This document shows, in pieces, positions 61,565 through 64,000 of a stretch of 64,000 bases of DNA; position 1 is the stretch's first letter; each line of letters opens with the position of its first letter. A model generated the notes under the pieces. It saw only the letters and a program-made list of their open reading frames with translations. It did no database searches and was not told the DNA's origin. The position numbers were made by a program, and so were the translations under genes. This DNA comes from a virus (lineage: Duplodnaviria; Heunggongvirae; Uroviricota; Caudoviricetes). The stretch lies in IMG/VR virus record IMGVR_UViG_3300005253_000053; one strand, 5' to 3'.

Positions 61565-62137
61565 TCAGTACCCGCCGCTGGCTGGCTTGACGCTCCTCGG
61601 GTCGCTGTCCACGTTGCCGTGACCGGCAGCAGTGCTGCCCTCAGCGTCCGGGATGTCGGCCGGATCTTCTCCGTGTTCGGGATCGGTGTTCGCGCCGTCG
61701 TCCGTGTAGGCCGGGGCGTGGCCAGGGGCGGTGCTGCCTGCGGGCTCGGGGATGCCCGCGATGCCCATGTCCTCCTGAACCTTGATCAGGCCGTTCTGGG
61801 CAAGCTGCATCGCCGTGGTGGTGTACTGCCCGCCCAGGTGACCGAGCAGACCGGAGTCCACCAGTTCCTGGAAGAGGCTGACGACCTCGGCCTGCGGCAT
61901 GTCGCCGGACTCGAAGGCCTTCAGCTTCTCTGGCAGACCCTTCTGGAGTTCGCCGTATCCGGTGACGGGCTGGCCGTCGACCTCGGCAGCCGACGGCCCG
62001 ATGGCAGCAAGGCATGCGCCTGCGTCGCCGCCGCACCCGCACCCGCACTCGTCGAGCATCTCGTCGATGCGGACGCTCTCCTGCATAGGCTGGCTGTTCG
62101 GAACCATTCCACGGATCACGGATCTGGGATCGCTCAT
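61565..62137 (-). CDS. Acidic low-complexity protein (CGCGCGG; LFQELVDSG domain)
   Basis: GGGAGAC RBS; SDPRSV at both ends. Confidence 0.65.
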   Translation of the reverse strand: MSDPRSVIRGMVPNSQPMQESVRIDEMLDECGCGCGGDAGACLAAIGPSAAEVDGQPVTGYGELQKGLPEKLKAFESGDMPQAEVVSLFQELVDSGLLGHLGGQYTTTAMQLAQNGLIKVQEDMGIAGIPEPAGSTAPGHAPAYTDDGANTDPEHGEDPADIPDAEGSTAAGHGNVDSDPRSVKPASGGY

Positions 62138-62200
62138 GGTCTGTGTCTCCCTGTTGCTGTCAGGATTCTACAGCAAGGAGGCCCCGCAAGGCAAATTGAA

Positions 62201-62626
62201 TCAGGATTTGGGTTTGGGAGGCGACTTGTCGAGGGTGAAGTGGCTGAACTCGGCGTCCTCAACGACCTGGGTACCGTCAGGGAGCGTCGTAACCGAGCCG
62301 TAGCTGACCGGATTGACCTCGGCGATGCCTTCCTCGATCAGCTTTACGAGGGGAACATCGTTTGGCCCGAAGTCCTGAATCTCCACTGTGATCTGGCCGT
62401 CGTCAAACTCGCTGCCGCTGACCAGCCCTACGGCATCAAGCAGATTCGGCGGCTCTCCCGGGGGAGGGTCCCTGTAGACCAGGAGCGTCCCGTTGCGGGC
62501 CTTCTCCCGGATCTGCTCAGCGAGCTTCTCCATCGCTCCCTGCGTGTACACCCGACCGTTCCGGTTCGGCGTGTCCGTCTGCATCGGCAGGGTGACCTCC
62601 ACCGTCTCCTGATTCCGCTTGCTCAT
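62201..62626 (-). CDS. T4 gp21-like prohead protease homolog lacking catalytic residues
   Basis: QTDTPNRNGRVY...EK; GELxHP replaced by VYRDPP; GVSSRGxGS replaced by EVNPVSYGS. Confidence 0.6.
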   Translation of the reverse strand: MSKRNQETVEVTLPMQTDTPNRNGRVYTQGAMEKLAEQIREKARNGTLLVYRDPPPGEPPNLLDAVGLVSGSEFDDGQITVEIQDFGPNDVPLVKLIEEGIAEVNPVSYGSVTTLPDGTQVVEDAEFSHFTLDKSPPKPKS

Positions 62627-63965
62627 CTTTGCGCTCCCAGTAAAGTTTCAGCGCCTCAGTCCCACAGCGGTCCTGAAACTGGTCGATAGTGTCCTCGTTA
62701 TCCAGGCCCTTCCGGATCATGTCGTCAACAATCTCGGGGCAGTCCACCAGTATACGCTCCGCGAGCCTGCGCAGTCCAGACTCTTCGGGGTTTGGGATTT
62801 CCAGTATCCGATTGATCCGGCCGGGGCGGGAAGCGATTTCTCCGCTCTGCCTCCCGGACAAGGCCGGGTCGAGCACGTCGAGCCGGTTCGTGGTGACGAT
62901 CAGGAACAGGCCGTCCACGCGCTCGACCCCGTCGATTCGGTTGAGCAGGCAGTCAAACGTGAGCGGTTGCTTCATCTGGGACTTGATGACGTTCTCGCGG
63001 CCCTCGAAGACTGTGTCGATATCTTCGAGCAGCGCCATACAAGGCGTGTCGTCGAGCATGTCGTTCCACTCTTTGCTGAACTCGGAGTTGCTCATGCTCG
63101 CCAGATCGTAGACGTAGACAGGTAGGTTGAGATCCTCCGCCACTGCACGGGCCAAAGTCGTCTTGCCGTTGCCGGGCCTGCCGTGAAGAAGCCAACCGCG
63201 TCTCCAGGGCAGGCTCCGCTCGAAATACCAGTCCCGACTCTTGTGCCAGCGCTTCGCCTCTTCCACGACGTCGACTAGAGCGCTGTGGATAATCAGACTA
63301 TCAAGCGCATCCTCGTCTTCGCTAACCTTCTGAGGGCCGAAGTCATCGTGGGTCCATACCAGGGGTCGGTGTTGACGCATAGAGAGCAGGTAGCCAGCGC
63401 TGTCGTCGTCCTCTCGGCCAGCGAGAACAGGACCTTGACTCGTATCTTTATCGACGGTGTACTGAGAACTTCCTGAGATGTAGATCACTTCGTAGCGGTT
63501 GAAGCTCTTGTCCGTGCGAAAGGAGTTGTACATCTCCGCAGCTTTGACAGCCAACTCATCCGGATCGAACGTGCCACGCAGGTAGCGCACCACGAAGCCC
63601 TTACGATTACCTTCCTCGCTATCGGAATTGCCGGATTCGCTAACCCAGAGAAAGCGCCAGCCCTTTCGGAAGATTTTGACATTGGTGGACAGTTTCTCGA
63701 AGGCGACCAGAACGCGACGCCGCTCCGGTCGGACAAATAGCTCGTCACCAAAGAATGTTCGGGACGTGTAGCGGGAGGCTGTGAACTCCCGGAACAGGTA
63801 CATCTTGAATCCCTGAGTCAGCTCCCCCCGTTGAAAGGTGGTGGTCCGTACAACGTGCTCAACGATCTGTCCGAGGAACGTCTTGATGTGCCTCCAGAAG
63901 CCGACGATCAGACCGCCGATGCCTACGCCGCCAAGGATTGCGAGTGGGTTGCTGAGGAGGTCCAT
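62517..63965 (-). CDS. BCS1-like AAA+ ATPase with N-terminal TM
   Basis: RRGWLLHGRPGNGKT, LLEDID, LTFDCLLNRIDG, TTNR..LDPAL..RPGR. Confidence 0.85.
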   Translation of the reverse strand: MDLLSNPLAILGGVGIGGLIVGFWRHIKTFLGQIVEHVVRTTTFQRGELTQGFKMYLFREFTASRYTSRTFFGDELFVRPERRRVLVAFEKLSTNVKIFRKGWRFLWVSESGNSDSEEGNRKGFVVRYLRGTFDPDELAVKAAEMYNSFRTDKSFNRYEVIYISGSSQYTVDKDTSQGPVLAGREDDDSAGYLLSMRQHRPLVWTHDDFGPQKVSEDEDALDSLIIHSALVDVVEEAKRWHKSRDWYFERSLPWRRGWLLHGRPGNGKTTLARAVAEDLNLPVYVYDLASMSNSEFSKEWNDMLDDTPCMALLEDIDTVFEGRENVIKSQMKQPLTFDCLLNRIDGVERVDGLFLIVTTNRLDVLDPALSGRQSGEIASRPGRINRILEIPNPEESGLRRLAERILVDCPEIVDDMIRKGLDNEDTIDQFQDRCGTEALKLYWERKDEQAESGDGGGHPADADGHAEPERSGVHAGSDGEAR

Positions 63966-64000
63966 CAGATCTCGAAAGTCTGCCCGACCTCAACGAAGCC

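Noticed and set aside
1-64000. tRNA/rRNA genes, integrase, transposase, CRISPR arrays
   Set aside because: None recognisable by eye; intergenic spaces are mostly too short. A tRNAscan/Infernal run would be needed to exclude them formally.

Overview
A 64 kb slice of a large, GC-rich (roughly 60% by eye), gene-dense dsDNA phage genome (jumbo/huge-phage-like). I saw no tRNA, rRNA, CRISPR array, integrase or transposase. Two interleaved gene classes stand out. (1) Blocks of small, mostly hypothetical 'early-type' genes sit behind a 22-nt promoter-like motif (consensus AAATAGCCYTCCCAATCCGATA, 12 copies). These blocks also carry metabolic genes: an NMNAT-Nudix + NAMPT NAD+ salvage pair, scattered pyrF/pyrE/pyrC/pyrD, an NDT-Nudix fusion and an HD hydrolase. 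(2) Minus-strand blocks of 'late-type' genes. Many of their otherwise unrelated products start with the same ~14-aa leader, MD-x-x-R-x-x-(M/I)-R-x-h-L-x-E|A, which ends in a T4-gp21-style L-x-E cleavage motif. Domains behind the leader include ART-like, ParB-like, nucleotidyltransferase and HiPIP-like Fe-S. GNAT and 2H-phosphoesterase genes carry shorter variants. The best candidate for a novel system is this putative capsid-targeting/maturation tag on an enzyme cargo set; a catalytically degenerate gp21-type protease paralog lies in the same window. Also present: two free-standing HNH endonuclease genes that appear to have rewritten the 3' ends of neighbouring genes, a virion structural module (48.3-54.8 kb), a DUF2589 pair, an XRE regulator and a BCS1-like AAA+ ATPase. 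All family assignments come from motif reading, not from database searches.
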